Positions 36,513-48,788 of a DNA stretch of 64,000 nucleotides are shown here, piece by piece. Made by a program: the position numbers and the translations under genes. This DNA is from Lepidodermella squamata (Eukaryota; Animalia; Gastrotricha), in assembly GCA_047495785.1 (NCBI GenBank), contig JBLDXI010000031.1:806001-870000 (forward strand), in the 5' to 3' direction. The notes below the pieces were generated by a model. That model ran no database searches, was not told the DNA's origin, and worked only from the letters and a program-made list of their open reading frames with translations. Every line of letters begins with the position of its first letter. Positions within the stretch are counted from its first letter, which is position 1.

Positions 36513-39500
36513 ATGACAGCACTAATACTTGCGATGTTCAGTATTTTGGCTTCAGCGGCTTCTTTACCAGATCCCCTCCTATTTTTACCGTATGATCGGA
36601 GTGCAGGCGTCGCTGAGGTAAGCGGTAAAGCCAGAGTCCTGAGTTCGGCCAAAGTAGCACTCGTTAAAAACATGGCTGGTCCATTTGGCTACTTGCAAAC
36701 TGCGGCACATCTTAATGATGAAAACATGAAATATCTCGGCCTGTACGAGATTCGCTCGAATGGCTTTGTTTACATCAGGAATTTCTCGATCAGTCTCTTT
36801 TTCCATTCCGATTCAGTCGCCAGCGGCTCAGTTGGGGTATTAACATACGAGCGGCTCAACTGGTTCGTCGACATTTCCTATTCAACGGACACGCGAAAAA
36901 TACTGGTCACATCGAAAGAAAGTTGGCCTGATACTCTATGGCAAAGCAGCGTGTTAGAGCCGGGAAAATTTGTGTTCATCGCAATTTCATCAACAGATAG
37001 CTATACCTTCGAAATAATGATAGGCGAAGAGCCCAACTACGGCGAATTGCAGACAATCGGCCCATTTCGTGAAGAATTCCCTGAGGCTGTTTTGCCCAAA
37101 ATCTACATCGGAAAATCAAGCTTCGGCATTACGTATCGCGAGTCGTTCTCTTGCATTCTCGGATACGAGGCTAAATTTTCGGAGGAGGAATTTCGGGAGG
37201 TCATCGAATTTTGCTCAAGTACACACTCAAATGCAGCAAAACTGCAGCCAGGTGAGATTAGCACCCTCCAAAATAATCACCTGTGATTTCCCACATTATC
37301 CACAGTCTCGCTTCACGGGTTGTATTACCTGAAAGATGAATGGGATTCAGAGTATGACATAAAGCAAAGCCACAGACGGATAATTATGCGCGATAAAATT
37401 AGAGACGAGGTATCTTCAAGAACTGAGACTTGCCTTACACTATCTTATTTATTCAAAGGTTGGATCTCTGTTAGTTAATGCTGGTCTTAAAACGTATGGC
37501 ATAGTCTCTACAATCGAGATTCGTCCGGATATGTCAGATTGCGACGGACGAACTTGCAGTCGAGCTCTAGCAACATTCCGAGCCACGATTTTACAGCCTA
37601 TCAAGTACACTCCGACAACATCAGAAAGCGAAATGTGTCGCGAGATTGAAGACCTAATCGGCTGCGTAGACGTACGAATTATGACAATATCTCTAGGTAG
37701 GAGAAGTTTAATACTCACATCAATGATAATTTGATAGCTTCTCTTTTCAGATGTGGCTTATTACAGGCCATTTTCTCTAATCGCATTTCTTCCATTCAAC
37801 AAGCTGAATGGAGCTGTGGATTTGAGCCCATATAGGTTCCGGAGCCCATTCGCTGAATTAACGCACATTGATGGTCCTTTCGGAGTCAAAGAAGGTGCAG
37901 CTCTCATAACAACAGTCGAAATCGTCGAGATGATGCTACCTTTCGCAGTAGAGAAAGGGTTCTCTGTAGCGTTTTATCTTCGGAAAAGCTCAGCAATCGC
38001 GAGAAGGAATGTTATAGAGCTTCCGGATTGGAGTTTCTCAATATTGGTGGATTTCAAATGTGACCTAATAATTGGTTTATCTGACCGTGAATATTGCCTT
38101 AAAAGCGTTCTGCTAACTGAGGAATGGACCTTCCTAGCCCTAGTTCATAATGATACGGGCATTTTTGTTTACAACGCCTTTGGGCTCGTTTATCTGTCGA
38201 AATCTTCCAATTACACGACTAATGCAAAATTCAGCGTTTCCCTGCAAAATGGCGGATTGGATGCGATAGCCTGCCTTTCGATCTATCGTGAATCATTGAG
38301 TATTCATGAGCTTTTCCTGGTCCAAGGAGCCTGCCGTCACGTGTTAAGCCCACAGCAGCTACCTGGGCAAAGAAATCCGAAACAAAGTGCTCACCCCACA
38401 TCACCGTTCCCGACATTTAACGGGCCTTTAATAGCTGAGTCTGACCAATTTCCGTTTTTCACTAAAGTTATCTATAAATCTGAGTCTTGCCTAGCAGCAA
38501 TGCTTGACGAACGTCATTTCCTGCTGCCTTGGAGGTGTGCTGAATCGCTGTCGGCTTCGTCTAGACGAGATTTTCGCATCCTCGGTACAAAAAATGAAAT
38601 ATCGATAATACGCCTTGACAGACGCGTGGAAATAAGCCTAACTGGGCCAAATAACATTGGGCTATTCACTAAATATGCCGCAGTCGAAGATATTTGGGTC
38701 TACTTTGTGTACGTAGTTGGTCATGAAACCAGCAACTACGACTCGGTTGATTTCTACTCTGGATTGGGTTCAGGCAACTCGTTGGTATGTGTAGATGACA
38801 AGAATTACGAATATCTATCAGGGTTATTAACTACGGAAGAGCCCGGGTGTGATTCAAATGACTACCTCTGCTTCAAGCCAACATCAAATAATGGCTTTTC
38901 GCCCTGTAACCTAACAGAGGGTGCAACTCTGTCATTTTCTACGTATGGTGGTGTAGTGACTGATGTTGGAAGTCATCTTATCTTGGTAATTGCTTAATTT
39001 GGTAAACCAAGATTCTGATTATTCTACTTTTTTAGGGAGCTATGTATCTAAAGGACAAGTTTTGCGAACCTTCAGGAATCGCTAAATTTGTCAACATTGT
39101 CAGTCTTAGTGAATGGATCCAGGAGACAATTGCTTGTATTTTGCTGACCGAGAACGACCTCGAATGTCCCTTTGAACTCGATGTCAATCCCACGCTAAGC
39201 TCTGTGGTTGAAAATGTAACATTAATCGAATCAGCCGGTGCAACTCCGATATCTGTTCTGGCGCAATCGACCTTGAAACAAACTGATGAAAATCATCAGA
39301 CAAGCTCTGTATCATCGGCAGGCGAATCAATCCAGACCGGAAGTATACTTGCACCATTGATCCTAATGGATTCAAACTAATTATTTGATTTCAGGCCGTA
39401 TAGCTATGGCCGTGATGGCCGCAACTGGCGCTGTGGCCATTGCCTTCGTCGGGGTTTCATTTTATTGCCTGTACAGATTGAGGAAGAAAGCGAGAGAGAC

Positions 39501-40565
39501 TAAAGTTCTCAAAGAAACACCGTCAGTAGAACTGGGAAGTCAATTGACCTACATAACACCTTTCAACGACTTCAAAGAACTGCTTGATATGACTGACGAA
39601 GGTCGTGATCTCGTACCCTTGATCGAAGAAATCAATATCCAAGGCAACTGGCTTGAAGCATCTGAACTAATCGGGCAGGGCTTTTTCGGGGCAGTTTACA
39701 AGGGTATCATGAAAAAACCAGGCTGCATTCAAGTTGAAGTGGCTCTCAAGAGTATCTTACCTGGGGCGTGTGAAGACGTGGTTGCGTTTGTTAAAGAAGC
39801 GCTTATCATGAAGGAATTCGACCACGAAAACATTCTGCCATTACTTGGAATAGCCTCACTCGACGGCCAGCCCAACATTGTCGTCCCCTACATGGAAAAG
39901 GGAAACTTACACCGGTATCTCAACTCATATGAAGCTGAACTCTGGAATCAAGAGGAACTGCTTGATTTCGCAAAACAGATTTGTCGGGGCATGGCTTATC
40001 TTTCCTCGCGAAATTGCTTACACCGCGACCTGGCATGCCGCAATATATTGGTGTCTAATGATGAGGTTTTGAAGATCTCCGACTTTGGTCTATCTCGTGT
40101 TGTATCAAGCGAGCATCTATACTACAGGGCAAGTGATGCTAGCAACACCCTTATCCCGATAAGATGGTACCCTCCAGAGTCGCTTTGCACTCAGGTTTTT
40201 CTGCCTAAAAGTGACGTCTGGTCTTTCGGAGTTGTGGTTTGGGAAATCTTCTCACGTACGCTTACTCATTTTGTTTTCCGTTGTATACAATTATTGACAT
40301 TGCATCTTAGTATGCCGCGAGGAGCCGTACGAAGGACTGAACAATTTTGAAGTAATAGTTCAAGTGACGAACGGTTTGCGCCCAAGTCAGCCGAAAATTT
40401 GCCCTCACAAGGTGTATGTAATATCATTATTTCATATGGATCGCATGAAGGAATCTGCGTTTTCTTCAATCTAGGTTCAACAATGTCATCCTTGAGTGTT
40501 GGAAGTGCCCCGAGGATGTGCGACCCTCTTTCGCCGAGCTAGCGAATGCCATGGAGTCCTTTTGA
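36513..40565 (+). CDS. Family member C: receptor tyrosine kinase with LamG-SEA-like-LamG-pseudoprotease ectodomain
   Basis: Ectodomain exons linked by short introns to a TM (IAMAVMAATGAVAIAFVGVSFYCLY-RLRKK) and a kinase: GQGFFG, VALK, MKEFDHENIL.LLGI, HRDLACRN, DFGLSR, PIRWYPPE, DVWSFG, CW....RPSF. Confidence 0.88.
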
Positions 40566-40952
40566 CTGACTAAAACAGAATAACCAAAATTTGGGCATAG
40601 CGCGGCCGCTTTTTGTCGAAGCGGTCATAAATTGTCGTCAATCTTTGGCGTGTCATTTTTTGCTCTATCGTGAGGTTTTCTCCGATTTGGAAAAACGTGG
40701 CTGCGCTATGGGATTCGTTGGATTCCCACCTGGTCAAATAATAGTTGATTGATTTTCGGATCCAAACATGGAGCGCTGCTCAGATTTCTCTGCCAATTTA
40801 TATTCCACAAAAAATAATAGGTCAATATGTATTCAGTTCGCGCTTACCTTCCTTACCTTTAGATACTTGCGAGAAAAGCTTATTTTTATTTGGGGTTTGC
40901 TAGGCATATGGCATTCTAATCTGTTGTTTTAATGAAAACGACTTTGATCAAA

Positions 40953-41315
40953 TAATGAACTTGGACTGCGGCCATACGTGTGCTGGGAACACATCTGTCG
41001 GCCCTTTTTGAGGTCAATGTTTTGCCCAAGCATATGCTTGGCACATTTGTCACTTTGAAAAAATTGAATCTATGGCAAAGGTTAGAGGAAATAAAGTAAA
41101 ATGATATCGAATTACGCTTGACTTCTAGCGTCGTTGAAGTTTAAAGTTACCAGTTTATACCTTATGATGCTTTATCTATAGCGCCCCAGTTGAATTTTCA
41201 CGATGCTTATTCTTGGGTTTCGGCGTTTTACAAGACCTTGGCTGCGCTCGAAATGAGTGAAGTAATTACTGCGTGTTCGAGCTGTCATTTAAAGAAGCTG
41301 TTCGGACGCAGTCCG
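40953..41315 (+). pseudogene. Internally deleted relic of the promoter and first exon of member E
   Basis: Aligns by eye to 42451-42710, then jumps to 43209-43324; contains stops and frameshifts. Confidence 0.75.
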
Positions 41316-41364
41316 TTAGACTCATGCTTATTTCATTTACTGATCATTAACTGATACTGATATA

Positions 41365-42348
41365 TTAGAGTGGCATGATAAAATACGCCAATACATTTAA
41401 ATAAAGCAAAAAATGCATTTTCAACATTTCAAGTGATCCATTATTTTGAAATCCGGATGTGAAATCTTGCCTCGAAGTAACCATCTGAGTAGAAATAGCC
41501 GAAGAATTGTTTAAGGGGGAATTTAGTTGAGTTGTTGTAGAAGGTTTTACTCCAACAATTCGATGCTCATGCTTGCACCTTTCAATCATAAATTGAGGGT
41601 ATGGGTATGTATTGAAGAGCGTCTCGTTGTAAACAGACAGACAGGAAATGGCATCGGAAGATTGCAATCGTTTGTGACCGGTTTCATTTTTACCGCATGG
41701 CAAAGCGGATCCAAGGCGAATAATTAGGCCAAGCGTTGGATCGGCACTGAGAAACGCTGAGCCATCCCCATATGCTATGAACAATGGAAATGAACTTATG
41801 TCATAGTCGTAGACTCGAAAATTCCATTGCGAGAGGTAAAAGTCGAACAAAACAAAATGCCACACGCTGTTCCTTAAATTAGTCATTAGAAGAGGAACAG
41901 CCCGCTCTTCACCGAAGCAAATATCCAGCTCGCCATCACCTGAGTATCCAATGGAAACCAGATTCTCTTCATTCGAGGTTATTGTCAGGATTCCACCGAC
42001 ACGACTTGCTAATCCTGTGTCCGACAGGTAAAAGAAAAATCCAGCTATAATACTTTGATTTGGTAGTTGGTGAAGTTTATACTGTGCCAGCTCGCAGCCG
42101 TCTGCTGACCGCGAGGTGAAGGCGGTTTTGGGCATTTCAAATGGCCCCTTCAATCCTGCAGCCACCAATGCACAATCGTAGTTTTGAGTTAGCGTACTGG
42201 CGACGCCATCAACAGTGTCGAGTCCTGTTCTCTCGCTGAGAGGCCACAATCCCAAAACATTACTTTCCAACGACCCAGACAAAGCGCGCACCCATATTGC
42301 TGCAAGCAAATGAAGAAATTTATAGTTAGGTATCGAACGAAAGGGCAT
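41365..42348 (-). CDS. Intronless single LamG-like domain protein with a GPI-type tail (member D, distant relative)
   Basis: Signal peptide; LGLWPL, GPF, GFFFY, WHFV, DAISCLSVYN motifs shared with the family; S/T stalk; hydrophobic C-terminus. Confidence 0.7.
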   Translation of the reverse strand: MPFRSIPNYKFLHLLAAIWVRALSGSLESNVLGLWPLSERTGLDTVDGVASTLTQNYDCALVAAGLKGPFEMPKTAFTSRSADGCELAQYKLHQLPNQSIIAGFFFYLSDTGLASRVGGILTITSNEENLVSIGYSGDGELDICFGEERAVPLLMTNLRNSVWHFVLFDFYLSQWNFRVYDYDISSFPLFIAYGDGSAFLSADPTLGLIIRLGSALPCGKNETGHKRLQSSDAISCLSVYNETLFNTYPYPQFMIERCKHEHRIVGVKPSTTTQLNSPLNNSSAISTQMVTSRQDFTSGFQNNGSLEMLKMHFLLYLNVLAYFIMPL

Positions 42349-42614
42349 GAAACTGAAGCAATGTTGCTTAGGCAAAAATGAGTTTATTATGCCCCCGTCA
42401 TATGGAATTCTTATCTCTTGTTTCAATAAAAACGATTTCCAGGCAACAGGTAATGAACTTGGACTGTGACCATACGTGTGCTAGGCCATACGCCTGTCGG
42501 CTTTTTCGAGGTCAATGGTTTGCCTAATCATATGCTAGGTGCTACGCACATCTGTCACAGTGGAGAAATTTGAATCTATGACGAAGGCTCATGGGCGCAA
42601 GGAAATAATGTAAA

Positions 42615-45390
42615 ATGATCTCGGTATACGTTTGCCTTCTCACGTTGTTGAAAGCAGTTGCCAGCTTGCCGTCGCCGGTCCTGTGTCTACCTCATGATGC
42701 TTTATCCATAGACATTGACGTCACTTCAAAATCTAAAAAGCTTCTCAATGGAGAAGTAGGGTTGGTTAAGTACACATCAGGCCCTTTTGGATACCTTCAA
42801 ACAGCTGTTGTGTCGAATTCTGGCGCTATGAGTCTTTATGAGCTACCATTAACAAATTTGACAGACTTCACCCACTGCTTTTTCTTCATGACCAACTCAT
42901 TTGCGTCAAACTTCCAGATCTCCAGCATCACGAGAGGAGAGACAACTTTCACATTGCAACATGAGTCCTCGCGTGAACTTGTTTTCGTTCAATCTAAACT
43001 TGACATGAACAAGTCCATCCAGCAACTTGGTGTCAAGATTTCACCTGGCAGATACTATTTCGTCGCAATTGTCTCCTACAAAGGCGACATGATAAACATT
43101 TCAATCGGGATCGAGCCAGAGTTCAAACTGCAGACGATTGGTCAAATCTCTGCAAGCATTCCATTTGGAGTTTCCCCCAAGTTTACAACCGGAGCTGGAC
43201 TAACTAAGCACGATGTTTATTCCTGCGTTTCGGCGTATTACAAGACCTTGAATTCGTTTGAGATGAGTGAAGTAATTGCTGTGTGTTCGATCTATCATGG
43301 CGAAGCTGCACGGATGCAGTCCGGTAAATTTACGCTAACCACGACAAGTGAATATAAATAGCTGTAATGAATCTACAGCAAGGGCAATTGGATTGCTCTA
43401 CTTGGAAGACAAGTGGGAGGAGGCTATGATCATTCCAACTAGCAAACAACGCCTTACCGTTCTGTCAAAAGCCATTAGAGAAGTACTGAAACATTCGCTA
43501 GATAATGAATTATTTCAGATATTGTTTAGGTCGGACTGGCATTCTTCTATCAACAAGTTTTCACTCAATATATTATCGATCTCTATCCCTCCACCAGTGG
43601 ACTGGTTACAGTTCTCTTTGGAGTGACATTGGTTCAAACATACAAATATCCTGAGATCAACAGCGAGGACATTCTCCGTCGCAATCTAGAGAGACAGCTT
43701 CGAGCCCCTGGCGTTCATTTGATGTCAATATCGCTTGGTATTATGATTTTTTGCATGCCTCTAAAACTGCGATTTTGCTTTTAGCCGATTTTCCAATGCC
43801 TAGAACCTTTTCGCTTCTGGCGCTGTTCGTTCATGACGAGGAGAATGGAATACAGGATATTGGCCCCTATCGATTACTTCAAAAGCATGAGAAAGAAGCC
43901 AGGCCTTCGAGGACTTCAGGCCCATTCGGCTCGGACGAAACAGCTTGGACTTTGAACCAGACCATTCTGAGTATCGACACATTCGATCTAGCACTGGAAG
44001 TGGAAAATGGTTACACTATTACATTTTTCTATAAAAAGATGGCAACACGAATGTCCCGAAAGTTTATGCAACTGAATTCATTGTTGCTTGAGCTGGGAAT
44101 AGATAGCTGTGGGGATTTGACTATTCGAGTCGGAGCCCTCACTTCTCGACTTGAAGGAGTTGTGCCAGACAACGAATGGACTTTCCTCGGCATTGTTTAC
44201 ACAAAAAGTTCAGTGTTGATATACAAGTTTTTCGGACCAGTCTACTCCATAGCTATCAATGAAACATTTCTTCCACTCAGCTCGTTTAGTATCGTTGTTG
44301 AAGGGACATCGGAAGATGCAATAGCTTGCGTGGCTGTGTATAATCAACCGCTGGATTTCGAACACATCCAAGCAGCTCATGACGGTTGCCGGCGAACACT
44401 ATCAAACCAACAAGCTGGCGAGCCAAGTCCAGAAGCAGTTGGAAACCCTGCGTTGCCATTGCCACCGATTTCAGCGGAACCGTCGTACGCTGACCCACGA
44501 CACATCCCATTTTACTCTTATATCAGGACGGAGTATGCTGGAGTTTGTTTCTCAGCAATACTGGACGCCTTTCATTTGCTTGTGCCCGAAAAATGCGTTC
44601 GATTTCTGAACGCTTTTGAGCAGAATGACATGACTGTGGCTGGCGTTGAAAAGGGCTTAGCAATTGTAAGGCTCACGAAAGCAATCGTGATTAGCCCTAA
44701 TAGCAGCAATACAATTGACCTGTACACTCATAATACCGGCTACGAAACGATGTGGCAACTGGGAATGATATCAGGTCACAGATCGAGCAGCAACGACGAC
44801 CTCAGCTGCTTGTTAAGCGTAAATTGCGAGGAGAAACTAAATTTTAAATATCAGTATGGTTCAATAAGAAGCGATATGCCAGGTTGCAATACAGCTGATG
44901 AAATTTGCGTCGAATTATTTACGAGCATCCCTAGCGGTAGCTTACACGTTGGATCTATGCTGTCACTTTACAGAACCGATAATTATGGCCAGCCTTACAA
45001 AATGGTCTTGGTAAGAAGTCTTCGCAAAGTCTTCTCAATGTATATATCTTTCTGCTTTTTAAGGTCGGGGTATATTTAGGAGCGACCGACTCTCAAGGAC
45101 CAGTAACAGTAATCAAATTTCTGAACATCTTGCGACTCAACAAGTGGATTCAAAAGACAGTAGCTTGCAGAGCCATGAGCGATCAATGCCCAGAGGTGTT
45201 GAGCCAACCGACAATTACGTTCACTCCGGAGCCCGCAATTGTCACTCCGATAATTCCAACGGGTTCTACAACTGAGTTTCATGGCGCCGGAACAACGATT
45301 ACAGCTCGTTCAACGACGGATTCTTGCGGCGATAAAGTGGGATTAAGCCTCCCTTTGTTTATCGCAGCTGCCTGTGTCTCATTTATGTGA
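42615..45390 (+). CDS. Family member E with a GPI-type C-terminus
   Basis: Same exon layout; ends ARSTTDSCGDKVGLSLPLFIAAACVSFM-stop. Confidence 0.8.
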
Positions 45391-45579
45391 GAATCATTTC
45401 TGAAATCAACAATCTTACTGCACGAATATTAGCGGAAGAAAATGTTTTCATCATTGAAATTAAGAAATTAAGAACGCATGAGGTTATTTTAATACCTAAC
45501 TAATAATAGCGTATTTACGTGATTTTGATAATCTTAGTCTTTGGCTTCGACAATTAACCTTGAATGCTGATTAGCTAGA

Positions 45580-45964
45580 TAGCCTCCAGGTTTCAGGTCA
45601 ATATCCATCCCATATGATATAAATCCGTATCAGGTAAAAGGCCTTTTCCAGCGCCTTTGAACATAGACACCACTAAAAGTCTATACATCAAAATCGTTAA
45701 GTTGTATCGTTCGTTCAGTGGCAATTGTAGCTAATTCCTGATGTGTCGTAGTGGCAGATGTAGCCGATGTTGCCAAACGGGCCGGCAAGAACTGGGCTGA
45801 TACTCTGATAATCAGCTGGATCGCAAAATTTCGTTGCTTTCCCATTCAGATCTATTCATCCTGATTGCCTGATGCCGAACGGCACAAATAGGACGGGATC
45901 TGGTATTTCTGCACCATTAAACTAGAAAGCAGCGGTAAAATAGGTCAGGTATAGTCAGCTTCAT
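45580..45964 (-). pseudogene. Decayed first exon of another family member (duplicated at 50024-50408)
   Basis: Reads MKLTI...*FNGAEIPDPVLFVPFGIRQSG*IDLNGKATKFCDP...VLAGPFG with stops and frameshifts. Confidence 0.7.
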
Positions 45965-46220
45965 TACGGAAAGATCAGGGATCCGACTAGGTCCAGCTCT
46001 GATGGGGGTAAATCGAGCATATACAATAATAGGTTCTGGGAAAAATTGCTCAAAGGAAAATATATTTTTTGCAGCACCATCTGTCATTCCTGGCAACATA
46101 ACACCCCGTTTTGTGATATCAATCGTAATTTCTATACTCTAGACGAAACTGGGTAACTGGAGGTTTTAATTACACTGAATATGAGACTTTAAGACGTTTT
46201 AAAGTTAAGTGCTCATTCTT

Positions 46221-48683
46221 TTACTGATTGATAACATTGATATATTTGTTTCCATTTCCTGAATTTTCGCAATTTGTTATATTTTTCGAAGTTTCAGAGA
46301 TCTGAAGAGGACGTAAGTCAATAATATATCGTTAACGCGTCCATACAGAGCTGGGCTATGATATTGATTCACAGCAACACCCCTGACATTTCCCATTTGA
46401 GGCGAAATTTGTGACTTTTTCCGTTTTTTGCACAAACACCAGGCAGCAATTCCAATCACAAGAACGGCGAATGAGCAGCTGACTGCTGGTATTACTGTGG
46501 TAACAATTGATCCTACTTGAAACAGACCGAATACATACTTTAACGGAAATACTGGATAAAAAAGTCATTACCTTCGTATGATTGCGTCGTGCTCTTCGTC
46601 GCTGGAACTGTCGTCAACTCGGTTCTCAAATTGGTGAAATTGTGGCCCGATGATGTTGCGACAGCCGCTGTCATCTCATAACCATACAAGAACTTTGGAC
46701 ATTCCGCCCCCGAAAACGAGCTACAAGCTACAGTTTGGTGTATCCAGCTGCTAAGATTATCAAGGCTCAAAAAGCGGGCATATGGTCGATTCACACAGTT
46801 TTCTTCCCCCAAGTAAATCCCGCCCTGATAATTGAAATATTCATAAGTGATTAGCTAATAACCCTGAGCGACAATTTCGGGCCATTTAACTGCCTAAATC
46901 AAAAAAACTAAATATGCAAATTAGCGAGAGTTTGTCTGAGGACAGTATTCTGTTGAAAGTGTAGTTTTTTGCGGAGCTGGGCCAGCGGAACCGCGATGAG
47001 AGTTTCGCTGTGAGAAATGGTTTGTACTGCGCAGTCACTTACTGCGATACTAAAACTTTCACTTCGGGCCGTTAGTACTTCGCACTTACTGCTAAAAACG
47101 CGACCTGCACTGCAGCTTCAAAAAAGACAGTTTTACCCTTCTCACGTCCGTCGATGTAATCATTTTATTCAAGTATGATTTTTTTAATCAAAACTGATCA
47201 ATAAAAAAATTGAAAAATTGTCAAGTTAATAGTGAATGATTTTTCACGAGACGCCATGCTCGAACAACGGCCGTGACCGATGCAGAAAACCGCCACTGGA
47301 GCAGGCCCGATAACCTGTAGAAATTAATTTAAATTAATAATTTAAATTAATTGAACACGAAAATACCTTGTTAATTTTTCATCGATACCATTACGAATTG
47401 CTGACCGGCTCGTTCAGACTGGTTGGACAGCAAAATCGATTCGCGGGACAAGCCTTCAAAAATTGCGGGTAAATTAAAGAAAATGGAATTAATTTCAAAA
47501 TTACCTTGAATATTCGATAAATATCTAACTTGACCAAATTGCATGGTCGGCACACCTGGTGGCAAGGCGGCAAGGATTGATGAAGCTCAAAATGCGAAAT
47601 TGAGGCCGGACGAAAATTCTTACTAAATAGGACATGTCATTGATGTTTTGGAATTAAAAACAAAAATAAGATGATTTGAATGAACCAAAAAGCCACATTT
47701 TTGAAGCATGGCCTGATTACGCAACACCCCGAGGCATGTGTGCACAACAATCGACTGCCATAATAACAATGATTTTGCCCTATTTCAGCTTTTATTTAGA
47801 ACGACAATTTTCAGTCATTAAAAATGTTGCTTTTACGAAAAATCAAAATTATCGAATTTTTCTAGCCTCCTTATTTTCTTAATGGTTCAGGCTGAAAACG
47901 ATAAAAATTCGGTTATGTTTAGGATCCAGGTAAATAATCAGTAAAAATTAGAGAAAATCGGGAAAAAAACGAGGAATTTCATGATAAATAAAAACAGTTT
48001 AATCCGGATAGGTAGAAGGCAGTTTTTCGAGCCAGGGAATTTTCAGCAATGAAAACTAGAGGTCGAGGATCGAATTTCACTTTGGTTTACTACTTCTCAG
48101 TTCTCACTTCGAAATAGAGAAAATTCGAAAGTTTTGTTAACGGTGACGTAGAAATATTTCAACTGGCAGTTAACTTCGGGTCGTAAAACCGAAATTCCCA
48201 AGTTTCATGAAAAAACTGTGTCAATTTCGCGAAGTGACTGGTTTCCAGCTTTAACTTCCAGTTTTTTCCAAAAACTGCAGTTAGTTTCGAAAAAAGATGA
48301 AAAATGACAGTAAACGGCGTTTTAAGGCAGTTTCCTGCAATTCCCACTGGAACTTAGCAGTATTTCGCAAAAAACGTGCACTTGCTGCTCAGGGAATCAT
48401 AGTAAAAACTTGCCAAACGCATTCTGGGTTTTTTGTGTCGTACATAATCGTAGTCAGTAATGAGAATTAGCGCAGTTCCGACGGTTATTCTACAGCTGTC
48501 GAAACTCTCATCTGAAAGCGGCGTAAAGCAAATGAACGTGCCTGAGTCGCATTCGGGGAATGAAGTGGTGATGGAACCAGAAACATTATAAAACTCGAAT
48601 TCCAAGTGACAGTGTGGCGAGCCACATCCTTCTCCTCTTGGACGATATCCAATGATACGTATAGGATACCACCAGTTATAATA
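46221..48683 (-). pseudogene. Promoterless duplicate of the 3' half of member G
   Basis: Copy of 50665-53127 created by the 4444-bp duplication. Confidence 0.75.
46862..48394. mobile_element. CACTA/EnSpm-like non-autonomous element (copy in duplication unit 1)
   Basis: Copy of 51306-52838. Confidence 0.6.
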
Positions 48684-48788
48684 TATTGCCTTAGTTGTAA
48701 TTTTAGTCAGCGGGCGGATTTTTGGTCGGAGGCCGCCAGGCCGGAGACCAAAATCCGCCAGCTGACTAAAATTGCAAATAAGGCAATA
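48684..48788. mobile_element. 105-bp hairpin MITE (copy in unit 1)
   Basis: Copy of 53128-53232. Confidence 0.7.
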
